Assembly (NCBI GenBank): GCA_963813815.1
Contig: CAWFAD010000010.1
Location: 128,001-192,000, forward strand
Reading direction: 5' to 3'
Origin: an uncultured bacterium
Lineage (GTDB): Bacteria > Krumholzibacteriota > Krumholzibacteriia > Krumholzibacteriales > Krumholzibacteriaceae
DNA: 64,000 nucleotides
Shown: positions 31,049 to 39,885 of the stretch, in pieces
How the letters are laid out: every line of letters starts with the position of its first letter
Position numbering within the stretch: position 1 is the stretch's first letter
The notes under the pieces: generated by a model
The model's database searches: none
The model's input: only the letters and a program-made list of their open reading frames with translations
Told to the model about the DNA's origin: nothing
Made by a program: the position numbers and the translations under genes

Positions 31049-32866
31049 ATGAAGGACGATATCGCGGCTGCGGCGACCGGGCGGGACGCCGGCCGCCGTC
31101 CGGGCCCAGCCCCGGGCGCATTCATCATAGACGACGATCCTCTCATGGCGGATCTCCTCTCGCGGCGGCTCGACCGCCGCGGAATCGCGGCCCGCGTGTT
31201 CGACGACGGCGAGCGTCTTCTGGCCGAGCTGGCCGAGCGTCCGCCGGCCGTGCTCTTTTCCGATCTCCGGATGCCGGGCATGGGGGGAGCGCAGGTCATC
31301 TCGCGCGCCCGGGACGCCGCCTTCACGGGACTCGTCGTTCTCGTCACGGCGTCGCGCGATCAAGCCGCGATCGCCGAGGCCCTCCGCGGCGGCGCCGACA
31401 TCGTGCTCGCCAAACCGCCGCGCGAGTACGATCTCGATTGGCTCGCCGTCAAGGCGCGCCTCGGAAACCCGCAGCCCGACCCCGTTCGCGCGCTCGTCGC
31501 GGCGCTCGAGCACGTCGATCAGGGAGCGATCCTCCTCGACGAGGAGTGCGTGCCGCTCGGCGTGAACGGCCGGGCGCGACGAATGCTCGGAGTCGACGAC
31601 GCCGGCGAGGCCGTCAAGACTCTCGATCGACTGGGAATCCTCTCCCGGATCATGGACGGCCGCCACGGGGACATCGTGTTTGTGGAATCGCCCGAATCGG
31701 CTCTCGGGGGCCGGTATCCGCTCGGGGTGGAGGTGCGCGAGATAGGCGACGGCGGTTCGCGGCGACTCCGGATCGTGCTGCTGCACGACTTTACCGAGCG
31801 CCGCAGGCTCGACGATCTGCAGGCGCAGTTCGCCGCGTACCTTTCGCATCGCATGCGCACCCCCCTCACCTCCGTCCGGAACGCCGTGTCGATTCTCTGC
31901 GGCGCCGAGGCGCCGCTCGACTCTGCGGAGCGGGAACGTTTTCTCGATATCGGATGCCGGAACATCGAGCGGCTCGTGAGCTCGCTCGAAGATCTGCAGA
32001 AGGCCTTTATGGCCGAATCGGGCGAATCGAGCGGCTGCCGCGCCCTCGTGCATCTCGACCGCGACGTGGACGCCGTTCTCGCCGAGGCCGAGAGGTCCGG
32101 CGTCATATCGGGCTACCGGCTGCACGCCCCGGAAACGACGGCGGTCCTTTCCCGCGCGCGGCTCGGAGAGTTCCTGCGAACCGCCTCGGCGGCGATGGCG
32201 GGGCGCCTCGACAGCTCGCCGCAGGTCGAGTGCGTCATCGCGGTTCACGGCGACTGCGGCGAGCTCGCCGGCCGCGAGCCGGAGATATCGATCGTTCTCA
32301 CGTCGCGCGCGCGCGGCGCCGCGTCCGTGTATTCGCTCGAGCAGTATATCGAAACGCGGGGCGGCGAGGCGAAGATCGCCCTCGAGCGCCTCGCCCGCTC
32401 GCTCGGCGGGACGATCTCGTTCCCGGGCCGCGAAATGATCCGCATCGGCATTCCGGCCGAGCCCCGGTTCGACCGCGATCTCGATCTCGTTCAGCCGCTC
32501 CACATCATGCTCGAGCGCGCGCGCCTTTCGAGCGCCGAGTTCAACCTCGTCTCGATCAGGGCGACGAACGCCCGCGAGGGCGACCGTCCGCTCTCCCGCA
32601 TGATCGCCGATTCGCTGCAGGGCCTCTTCGCTGGAGAGGAAACGATCGTCGCGCAGGGAGAATCGGCGCTGTCCTTCACCCTCTTCACTTCCGGCGTTTC
32701 GCGCCCGCGAATCGGCGAGAAGCTCGAGGAGCTTCGCGCACGGATCGTGCGCTCGTGCCGCGAGCGGGGCGAAGAGATGTTTCCCGCGTTGCGATGGGTC
32801 GTCGCGTATCACTGCGACGCGGTAGCCGGGGAATGTCCGTTCGTCGAATCGCTGCTTCCGCTCTGA
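31049..32866 (+). CDS. REC-PAS-HisKA signalling protein with degenerate ATPase and C-terminal domains
   Basis: IIDDD, SDLRMPG, VTA and AKP receiver; PAS-like segment; LSHRMRTPLTS H-box; no recognisable N/G boxes. Confidence 0.7.
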   Translation: MKDDIAAAATGRDAGRRPGPAPGAFIIDDDPLMADLLSRRLDRRGIAARVFDDGERLLAELAERPPAVLFSDLRMPGMGGAQVISRARDAAFTGLVVLVTASRDQAAIAEALRGGADIVLAKPPREYDLDWLAVKARLGNPQPDPVRALVAALEHVDQGAILLDEECVPLGVNGRARRMLGVDDAGEAVKTLDRLGILSRIMDGRHGDIVFVESPESALGGRYPLGVEVREIGDGGSRRLRIVLLHDFTERRRLDDLQAQFAAYLSHRMRTPLTSVRNAVSILCGAEAPLDSAERERFLDIGCRNIERLVSSLEDLQKAFMAESGESSGCRALVHLDRDVDAVLAEAERSGVISGYRLHAPETTAVLSRARLGEFLRTASAAMAGRLDSSPQVECVIAVHGDCGELAGREPEISIVLTSRARGAASVYSLEQYIETRGGEAKIALERLARSLGGTISFPGREMIRIGIPAEPRFDRDLDLVQPLHIMLERARLSSAEFNLVSIRATNAREGDRPLSRMIADSLQGLFAGEETIVAQGESALSFTLFTSGVSRPRIGEKLEELRARIVRSCRERGEEMFPALRWVVAYHCDAVAGECPFVESLLPL

Positions 32867-34150
32867 TCAGCGCCGCGCTCCGGCGGTCTCGCGCTCCGGA
32901 GGCTTTCCCCCCGGCAAGGGTTCCGTCTCGTCGTGCGGTTTCATCGAGAGCAGTAGCGTGCTGAGCGGTTCGGTGATCGTGCGGCGGGTGGTGGGTAGAC
33001 GGTTGTGGAAGTGGAAGCTCCCCGAGCGGATCTCCATGAGCCGGTGAAACGCCTTTTTCCCCGAGAGGTTTCCGCAGCGCGCGTTCGCGATCTCCCCCGA
33101 GGCGAAATAGATCTCGCCCGCCGCGCCGTCGCCGGCGACGGCGAGGAGCCCCGTGCGCCGGTTGGCGCAGAGAAGGGCGACGAGATCGATCATGGGCACG
33201 AGGCTGATCGATCCCTGGAGCGGATAGCTCCGCGAGGCGGCGCGCTGCCTGAGGCAGAAGAGAACGACGCCGGCCGCGGCGGCCGCGAGCGCCGGCAGGA
33301 GAAACCAGAGGAAAAGGCCCCTGCGGGCGGCCGCGGGGCGCGCCGGCTCCTCCGCCCGGGCGAGGGTTCTCTCCGGAGCGGGGGACGGCGGCGCGGCGGG
33401 GACGGCGGCGGGGACGGCGGCGCTGATCGAATCGCGGAGCGGCTCGCCGGCGCCGGGGGACGGTTCGGGAAGGGCCGGCGGTGGGGGAGCGGTCTCCCGC
33501 TCGTCGAGCTCCCGGAGCTTCTCGAGCGCCCACGAATGCTGCGGATCTTCGGCGAGAATCGACCGTAGCGCCTCCCTCTCCGTGTCGCTCCCGTCCGGTT
33601 GCGTCTCGGCGAGGACGCGCTCGGCGTTCTTGACGAGGCGATCGACGCGCTTCGCGCGGAGACGTTTTTCCATCTCGGCGCGGAGAGGACCGATCGCCGG
33701 GTTCGTGGAATCGATCGAGCGGGCCCGATCGAGGTGCCTGCCGGCGGATTCGAAATCGCCCTCGACGAGGCGCGCGCGCGCTTCCGAGAGGATGGATGAG
33801 GCGACCTTGGAGTCGAGGGCCGCGAGTCTCTCGCGGGCCCACGACGCGCCGGGATCCATAATGAGCCCGCGCGCGAGATACTCGCGGGCGCGATCGAGAT
33901 TTCCGCGCGATTCGTGAATCTGGGCGAGCTGCCATACCGCCGAGACGAATGACGGGTCGCGCGCGAGCGACTGGGCGAGGAGGGCCTCGGCCGCGCCGTC
34001 GTCTCCCCTCGCGAGGGCCTTCTGAGCGTCTATGAAGAGCGTTTCGGCGCTTCGTTCCTCCGCCCGGAGGCTCGAATGCGGCGACGCGAGCGCCATCGAG
34101 CACAGCGAGCATAGAACGAGTGCGGCCGCAAAGCGTCCACGATGCCTCAT
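32867..34150 (-). CDS. TPR-repeat membrane protein with C-terminal DUF4388 (PatA-N-like) domain
   Basis: Signal peptide, TPR-like helices, Pro/Ala linker, TM, then LQGSI..DLV.L...RRTGLL...GEIYF..GEI..A..G..G.F.F. Confidence 0.75.
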   Translation of the reverse strand: MRHRGRFAAALVLCSLCSMALASPHSSLRAEERSAETLFIDAQKALARGDDGAAEALLAQSLARDPSFVSAVWQLAQIHESRGNLDRAREYLARGLIMDPGASWARERLAALDSKVASSILSEARARLVEGDFESAGRHLDRARSIDSTNPAIGPLRAEMEKRLRAKRVDRLVKNAERVLAETQPDGSDTEREALRSILAEDPQHSWALEKLRELDERETAPPPPALPEPSPGAGEPLRDSISAAVPAAVPAAPPSPAPERTLARAEEPARPAAARRGLFLWFLLPALAAAAAGVVLFCLRQRAASRSYPLQGSISLVPMIDLVALLCANRRTGLLAVAGDGAAGEIYFASGEIANARCGNLSGKKAFHRLMEIRSGSFHFHNRLPTTRRTITEPLSTLLLSMKPHDETEPLPGGKPPERETAGARR

Positions 34151-34174
34151 GGCGCACCTCCCCGATGGGCCGTT

Positions 34175-34191
34175 CGCAAATAGCGTTCCAG
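34175..34191 (-). promoter_or_regulatory. sigma54 (-24/-12) promoter candidate
   Basis: Minus strand CTGGAACGCTATTTGCG (GG-N10-GC), just upstream of a GGAGGT SD and the start at 34150. Confidence 0.55.
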
Positions 34192-34255
34192 AAAGGCGTC
34201 CCGGGAGTCGATATCCCTCTTTTCGGGGCGATACCGGCCATTTCCAAGTAGGTGG

Positions 34256-34285
34256 TTGATTTGAGGGCCTTTCTTTTGGTAGAAT
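34256..34285 (+). promoter_or_regulatory. sigma70-like promoter of the ETF operon
   Basis: TTGATT-18 nt-TAGAAT with extended TG. Confidence 0.5.
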
Positions 34286-34317
34286 GCCGGGCGTTCAGCT
34301 CGAAAACGGGGGTGTCG

Positions 34318-36294
34318 ATGGAGCCTTTCCGCGAAGTCTTCTGGAATATACAGAACCACCTTCTCTTCTATCTACTCGCGGCGCTCGCGACCGCCGTTTG
34401 CCTGTGGGGCATCTACCGCCGATACCGCCTCTGGTCGGCGGGCTGGCCCGAGAAGCGAGGGGGCGCGTTCGACTGGAAGCCGGTGATTTCGCGCGTGTTC
34501 GCGAACGCCTCGATCTTTAGAGGCGATCCGATCGGTGGCGCCACCCACATTCTCATCATGTGGGGTTTCCTTCTTCTCTTCGCGGGCACCGCGATGTCCA
34601 CGATCGATCATTGGCTCGTTTCCTACCTCGCGGGGGATCTCTATCTCGCCTATGCGCTGGCGCTCGACGCCGCGGGCATCGCCCTCATGGCGGGGGTCGC
34701 GCTCGCCTATCTGAGGCGGTACGTCATCAAGCGCGGCAAGATGGTCACCTTCGTCCAGGACCACGTCGTGCTCGTTCTGCTCTTCGTCATCTGCCTCACG
34801 GGTTTTATCGTGGAGGGGCTTCGGCTGAGGGCCGATCCGCCACCGTGGCGGGAGCCCTCCCCCGTCGGGCAGTGGATCGCCTCCCTCTCGGCCCTCGACC
34901 GGCCGGGGGCGCTCGTCGCCCACCGGATATGGTGGTGGGTGCACTCGATCGCGAGCCTTTCGCTCATCGCGTGGTTTCCGTTCTCGAAGTTCGTTCACGT
35001 CCTCGCCGCGCCCGTGAACCTCCTCTACGAGGGAGCGGGCTCGAGCGCCTATCTCTCCCTCGAAGAGCGCGAAGCGCTGGGGAGCGATTTCAGCGCGCGG
35101 CAGCGCGTCATGATGGATGCGTGCACGCGGTGCAACCGCTGCGCCGTCGTCTGTCCGAGCAACAACGCCGGCGAGCCGCTCTCGCCGCGCGCGGCGGTCG
35201 ATGAGGCGGGCTCGTTCGTGCGCCGCTCCGGCGGCTTCGGGCTGCTTCCGGGACGAAGGCCCGCGGAGGCGCCGAAGCGGGGAGAGGCGATCGCGGGGGA
35301 GGCGGCGTGGCTCTGCACGACGTGCGGTCACTGCCGCAGCGAGTGTCCGTCCGCCGTGAGCCCGATGGACATCATCCGGGAGGTCCGCGCCGCCCGCGTC
35401 GAGAGCGGGGAGAACGTTCCCGACAACCTCCAGGAGATGCTCGAGTCGGTCTACAAGTTCAAGAATCCCTGGCAAGGGGCGAAGGGGAAGCGCATGGATT
35501 GGGCCGCCGGGCTCGACGTGCCCGTTCTTCAGGACGGCGTCGGCGAGAAGCGCTGCTTCTACGTCGGCTGCACCCTCGCGTACGATTCGAGGCTTCAGGA
35601 GGTGCCGCGGTCCGCGGTCGCGATTTTCGCCGCGGCCGCTTACCGCTACGGCGTGCTCGGCAAGGAGGAGGTCTGCTGCAGCGAGTTCGTTCGCGGCGTC
35701 GGCGAGGACGGCCTTTTCTCCGAGCTCGCGGAGCAGAATCTCGATGCCTTCGAGCGGCACGGCATCGAGGAGATCGTGACGCCGTGCCCGCACGGCATGC
35801 ACGCATTTTCGAACGAATACCGGCGGATGAGCGGCACCGCCGCCGCGCGCCGGGTGTATCATATATCGCAGGTTCTCGAGGAGCTCGTCCGCGGAGGCGC
35901 GCTCAGGCTCGAGGACCGCGGCGAGCGCGTCGTGACGTTTCACGATCCCTGCTTCCTCGGACGCCGCGGCGGCGTCTACGACGCTCCGCGGAACGTTCTG
36001 CGGGCGATACCCGGCGTTCGTCTCGTCGAGATGAAGCGCTCGAGGGAGCGGAGCCTCTGCTGCGGCGGAGGAGGAGGGCGCATGTGGGTCGAAGCGACCG
36101 AGGGCGGGAAAATGGGCGAGGTGCGCGCCCGCGAGGCGGTGGCGACGGGCGCCCGAATCATCGTCACGGCGTGCCCCTTCTGCTTCTCGAACCTCGATGA
36201 CGCCGTGAAGACGGCCGGGTACGAGGGCGCGGTGGTCGTGAAGGATATCACCGAGCTCGTCGCCGAATGCCTTCCGGGGCGCGGAGGCGCATGA
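34318..36294 (+). CDS. Membrane Fe-S oxidoreductase (NarI-like TM domain, 2x[4Fe-4S], CCG domains; FadF/ETF:quinone oxidoreductase-like)
   Basis: TM region with His residues; CTRCNRCAVVCP and CTTCGHCRSECP; CPH, FHDPC, CCGGGGG and ACPFC. Confidence 0.85.
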   Translation: MEPFREVFWNIQNHLLFYLLAALATAVCLWGIYRRYRLWSAGWPEKRGGAFDWKPVISRVFANASIFRGDPIGGATHILIMWGFLLLFAGTAMSTIDHWLVSYLAGDLYLAYALALDAAGIALMAGVALAYLRRYVIKRGKMVTFVQDHVVLVLLFVICLTGFIVEGLRLRADPPPWREPSPVGQWIASLSALDRPGALVAHRIWWWVHSIASLSLIAWFPFSKFVHVLAAPVNLLYEGAGSSAYLSLEEREALGSDFSARQRVMMDACTRCNRCAVVCPSNNAGEPLSPRAAVDEAGSFVRRSGGFGLLPGRRPAEAPKRGEAIAGEAAWLCTTCGHCRSECPSAVSPMDIIREVRAARVESGENVPDNLQEMLESVYKFKNPWQGAKGKRMDWAAGLDVPVLQDGVGEKRCFYVGCTLAYDSRLQEVPRSAVAIFAAAAYRYGVLGKEEVCCSEFVRGVGEDGLFSELAEQNLDAFERHGIEEIVTPCPHGMHAFSNEYRRMSGTAAARRVYHISQVLEELVRGGALRLEDRGERVVTFHDPCFLGRRGGVYDAPRNVLRAIPGVRLVEMKRSRERSLCCGGGGGRMWVEATEGGKMGEVRAREAVATGARIIVTACPFCFSNLDDAVKTAGYEGAVVVKDITELVAECLPGRGGA

Positions 36295-36365
36295 CGGTGG
36301 AATGACGGCTCGGGCGGGCGGCGCGGCCCGCCCTCGAGCGGGTGGAACGAGAAAGGAGCCGGTGG

Positions 36366-37157
36366 ATGGAGATTCTCGTGTGCGTGAAACGGGTACCCGA
36401 TACCGCCGACGCGGAGGTCGTGCTCCGGCCCGACGGTAAAGGCATTCGCGAGGAGGATCTCGCCTTCGGCATCAACGAGTGGGACAACTACGCCGTCGAG
36501 GAGGCGATCCGGCTCAAGGAAGCGCACGGTGGCTCCGTCACGATCGCCACGGTCGGATCGCCGGAGAGCGAGGACGTGCTTCGCCGGTGCCTCGCGATGG
36601 GCGCGGACGAGGCGGTCATGATCGACGAGGCGCCTCTCGCCGGCGCCGATCCCTACGGCGTCGCCCGGGCTCTCGCCGCTCTCGCGAGACGCAAGCCGTA
36701 CGACCTCGTGCTCGCCGGGGCGCAGGCGGCGGACGACGGGTACGGGATGACGGGCCCCGTGCTCGCCGGGTACCTCGGGTGGCCTCACGCGACGCTCGTC
36801 ACCTCCGTCTCCCTCGAAGGGGGGAAGGCCGTTGTGGCGCGCGAGCTCGAAGGGGGGCTCGAGGAGGTTCTCGCCGTCGAGCTCCCGGCTGTTCTCACGA
36901 TCCAGACCGGCATCAACGAGCCGCGATACGTCTCGATCATGGGCATCCGAAAGGTGCGGAGCAAGGAGATACCGGTCGTCGGCCCCGGCGAGATCGGGAT
37001 CGGCGCCGGAGAGGTCGGCGCGAACGCGAATCTCCTGCGTTCGCTCGGGCTCTCCGTTCCTCCGGCCGGCAAAGAGGCGATCATGCTGAAGGGAGCTCCG
37101 GCGGAAGTGGCGCAGAAGATACTGGAGATCATCAAGGAGCGAGGGGGGGTGGCGTAG
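36366..37157 (+). CDS. etfB: Electron transfer flavoprotein beta subunit
   Basis: VCVKRVPD, AVEEA, LAMGAD, RELEGG and NEPRY motifs. Confidence 0.93.
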   Translation: MEILVCVKRVPDTADAEVVLRPDGKGIREEDLAFGINEWDNYAVEEAIRLKEAHGGSVTIATVGSPESEDVLRRCLAMGADEAVMIDEAPLAGADPYGVARALAALARRKPYDLVLAGAQAADDGYGMTGPVLAGYLGWPHATLVTSVSLEGGKAVVARELEGGLEEVLAVELPAVLTIQTGINEPRYVSIMGIRKVRSKEIPVVGPGEIGIGAGEVGANANLLRSLGLSVPPAGKEAIMLKGAPAEVAQKILEIIKERGGVA

Positions 37158-38126
37158 ATGGCAAAGGCGTTCGTTCTCGTCGAGCACCGGCAGGGATCGA
37201 TCCGCGAGGCGACGTTCGAGTGCGTCACGCTCGCCCGGGAGCTCCAGGCGTCGTCCGGCATCGAGCCGGCGGCCGTCGTCATCGGGAGCGGCGCGGCGGG
37301 TTTGGCCGCCGCGCTCGCGGCCTATCTCCCCGAGACGATTCTCATCGAGGATCCGGCGCTCGAGCATTTCCGCTACGAATCGTACGCGGCCGTGCTCCGC
37401 GACCTCATCGAGAAGGAGGCGCCGCTCGTCGTCGTCGCGCCGCACTCGGCGTTCGGCATGGAGCTCATGCCGCGCCTCTCGGCGGAGCTCGGCAGGCCCT
37501 GCGCCACCGACTGCGTCGAGATCCGGATGGACGGAGGCGCGCTCTCGGTCCTGCGGAGCATACACAACGGCAAGATCCGCGAGCGCCTCTCGTTCGCCCC
37601 GGCGGGCGGATATTTCGCGACCCTTCGCTCGGGGAGCTACCCCGCGGCGGCCCCGGGGCCCGCGGGCGCCGTCCGCCCGCGTCCGTGTCCCGCGCTCCCC
37701 GGCGCGTGGCGCACCGAGCACCGCGGTTACCGCGAGGCCGCTTCCGGAACGGTCGACATAACGCAAGCGCAGCTGCTCGTGTCGATCGGCCGGGGAATCA
37801 AGGACGCGGAGAACATTCCGAAGGCGCAGGCGCTCGCCGACAAGCTCGGCGGCGTGCTCGCCTGCTCGCGCCCCGTCGTCGACAAGAAATGGCTCGGCAA
37901 GGAGCGCCAGGTGGGGACGTCGGGGCGCACGGTGAAGCCCAAGGTGTATCTCGCGCTCGGCATCAGCGGCGCCTTTCAGCACCTCGCCGGCGTCAAGGCC
38001 CCGGGGGTCTTCATCGCGGTGAACCGCGATCCCAAGGCGCCCGTGTTCCGCGCGGCGGATTACGGAGTCGTCGAGGATATGTTCAAGGTCATCGACGCTC
38101 TCGCCGAGAAGCTCGGCGCGAAATAA
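37158..38126 (+). CDS. etfA: Electron transfer flavoprotein alpha subunit
   Basis: SIGRG, SRPVVD, QVGTSG, GISGAFQHLAG and AVNRD motifs. Confidence 0.93.
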   Translation: MAKAFVLVEHRQGSIREATFECVTLARELQASSGIEPAAVVIGSGAAGLAAALAAYLPETILIEDPALEHFRYESYAAVLRDLIEKEAPLVVVAPHSAFGMELMPRLSAELGRPCATDCVEIRMDGGALSVLRSIHNGKIRERLSFAPAGGYFATLRSGSYPAAAPGPAGAVRPRPCPALPGAWRTEHRGYREAASGTVDITQAQLLVSIGRGIKDAENIPKAQALADKLGGVLACSRPVVDKKWLGKERQVGTSGRTVKPKVYLALGISGAFQHLAGVKAPGVFIAVNRDPKAPVFRAADYGVVEDMFKVIDALAEKLGAK

Positions 38127-38139
38127 GCGGGAGGGAATC

Positions 38140-39291
38140 ATGGATTTCGAGCTGACCAAGGAGCAAAAGGACATCAAGCAGGCGGCGCGCGAGTTCGCCG
38201 AGGGGGAGTTCGACAAGGATATGGCGGCCGAGCTCGACCGCCAGCACGCCTATCCGCGCGCGATCTGGAAGAAAGCGTGCGAGCTCGGCTTCGTCGGCAT
38301 CCATTTCCCCGAGGAGTACGGCGGACAGGGGCTCGGCGTTCTCGAGAATGCGCTCGTCGTCGAGGAGTTCTGCCGGCGTGATTCCGGGATCGGCACGGCG
38401 CTCGCCCTGTGCGATTTCGCGTCGGAGATCCTCATGAGGCACGGGACGAAGGAGCAGAAGGAGCGTCTGCTTCCCGCGATCGCCTCCGGGCGGGTCATAT
38501 CGGCGGGATGCTTCACCGAGCCGAATCACGGCAGCGACATCACGACGATGGAAACGACCGCCGTTCGCGACGGCGACTCCTGGGTGCTGAACGGCACCAA
38601 GACCTTCATCACGAACGGCTGCATCGCCGACATATTCATCACGCTCTGCCAGACCGATCCCGGCGCGCAGCCGGGCTACCGGGGACAGTCGCTCATACTC
38701 GTCGAGAAGGGGGCCGCCGGTCTCGACGCGGCCGAGGTCGGCGACAAGATGGGAATCCGCATGACCTCGACTGCGGAGGTTTCCTACGCGTCGGTGCGCG
38801 TTCCGGCCGCGAACCTCGTCGGCGACGAGAAGAAGGGGTTCTACCACGTGCTCGAGTTTTTCGACGAGAGCCGGGCCGAAATAGCGGCGACGGCGGTCGG
38901 GATCGCGCAGGGGGCGTTCGACCGGGCGCTCGAGTACGCGAAGCAGCGCGAGCAGTTCGGCCAGCGCCTCGCCGATTTTCAGGTGACGCAGCACAAGCTC
39001 GCCGACATGGCCACGATGATCGAGGCGGCGAGGCTCCTCACGCACCGCGCGGCGTGGAGCTTCGATCAGGGGCGCATCGACCCGAAGCTCACCTCCATGG
39101 CCAAGCTGTTCGCGGGACGCACCGCGGTCGCGGTCACCGACGAGGCGGTGCAGATCCTCGGCGGGTACGGATACATACTCGAGAACGAGGTGGAGCGTTA
39201 CTACCGGGACGCCAAGATCACCGAGATCTACGAGGGAACGAAGGAGATCCAAAAAAACACCATCGCCGGAACGTTCATCAAGAAGAAATGA
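38140..39291 (+). CDS. Acyl-CoA dehydrogenase
   Basis: FTEPNHGSD, NGTKTFITNG, KMGIR, REQFG, QILGGYGY and IYEGT motifs. Confidence 0.93.
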   Translation: MDFELTKEQKDIKQAAREFAEGEFDKDMAAELDRQHAYPRAIWKKACELGFVGIHFPEEYGGQGLGVLENALVVEEFCRRDSGIGTALALCDFASEILMRHGTKEQKERLLPAIASGRVISAGCFTEPNHGSDITTMETTAVRDGDSWVLNGTKTFITNGCIADIFITLCQTDPGAQPGYRGQSLILVEKGAAGLDAAEVGDKMGIRMTSTAEVSYASVRVPAANLVGDEKKGFYHVLEFFDESRAEIAATAVGIAQGAFDRALEYAKQREQFGQRLADFQVTQHKLADMATMIEAARLLTHRAAWSFDQGRIDPKLTSMAKLFAGRTAVAVTDEAVQILGGYGYILENEVERYYRDAKITEIYEGTKEIQKNTIAGTFIKKK

Positions 39292-39295
39292 GGAA

Positions 39296-39877
39296 ATGAA
39301 AATGAACCACCCCCGCATCGATCGTCGGCTCCGCCGAGCGGCCCTCGCCGTCGCTCTCGCCGTCCTCGCCCTCGCGGCTTGCTCGCCCGGAGATAAGAAG
39401 AACGATGGCGCCGATCGCTCGAACCAGTCGTCGCCGGGAACGACGATCAGCACGTACCAGATGATGGGCGACCTGCCCCTCGTCGCCCTCGACGGAACCG
39501 AGCGCCGGCTCTCGAGCTACCGCGGGGACCTCGTCGTGCTGTACGTCTTCGCGACGTGGCACAAGGAGAGCATCTCGCTCATCGACGAGTTCAACACGCT
39601 GCACGACAAGATCAAGGGAAACCGCATGACGGTTCTCGGAATCGTGATCGACCGGGACGGCGCCTCCGCGGTCAAGCAGCTCACGGCGCGCCAGCCGGTG
39701 ACGTTCCCCGTCTTTACGAACGGCGCCGCGATCATAAGGGATCTCGGCGGCATGAGGACCCTGCCCACGGCCTACGTGCTCCTGCGGGACGGGCACATCT
39801 ATCACAAGGCGGTCGGGTACCGCGCGGCGAGCAAGGTCGAGGATCAGCTGCGGCGAGTCGTCGCCCAACGGCTCTAG
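39296..39877 (+). CDS. TlpA/ResA-like thioredoxin-fold lipoprotein lacking CxxC
   Basis: LAAC lipobox; LSSYRG.LVVL.VFATW-HKES; LPT cis-Pro motif. Confidence 0.75.
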   Translation: MKMNHPRIDRRLRRAALAVALAVLALAACSPGDKKNDGADRSNQSSPGTTISTYQMMGDLPLVALDGTERRLSSYRGDLVVLYVFATWHKESISLIDEFNTLHDKIKGNRMTVLGIVIDRDGASAVKQLTARQPVTFPVFTNGAAIIRDLGGMRTLPTAYVLLRDGHIYHKAVGYRAASKVEDQLRRVVAQRL

Positions 39878-39885
39878 GAAACGAC

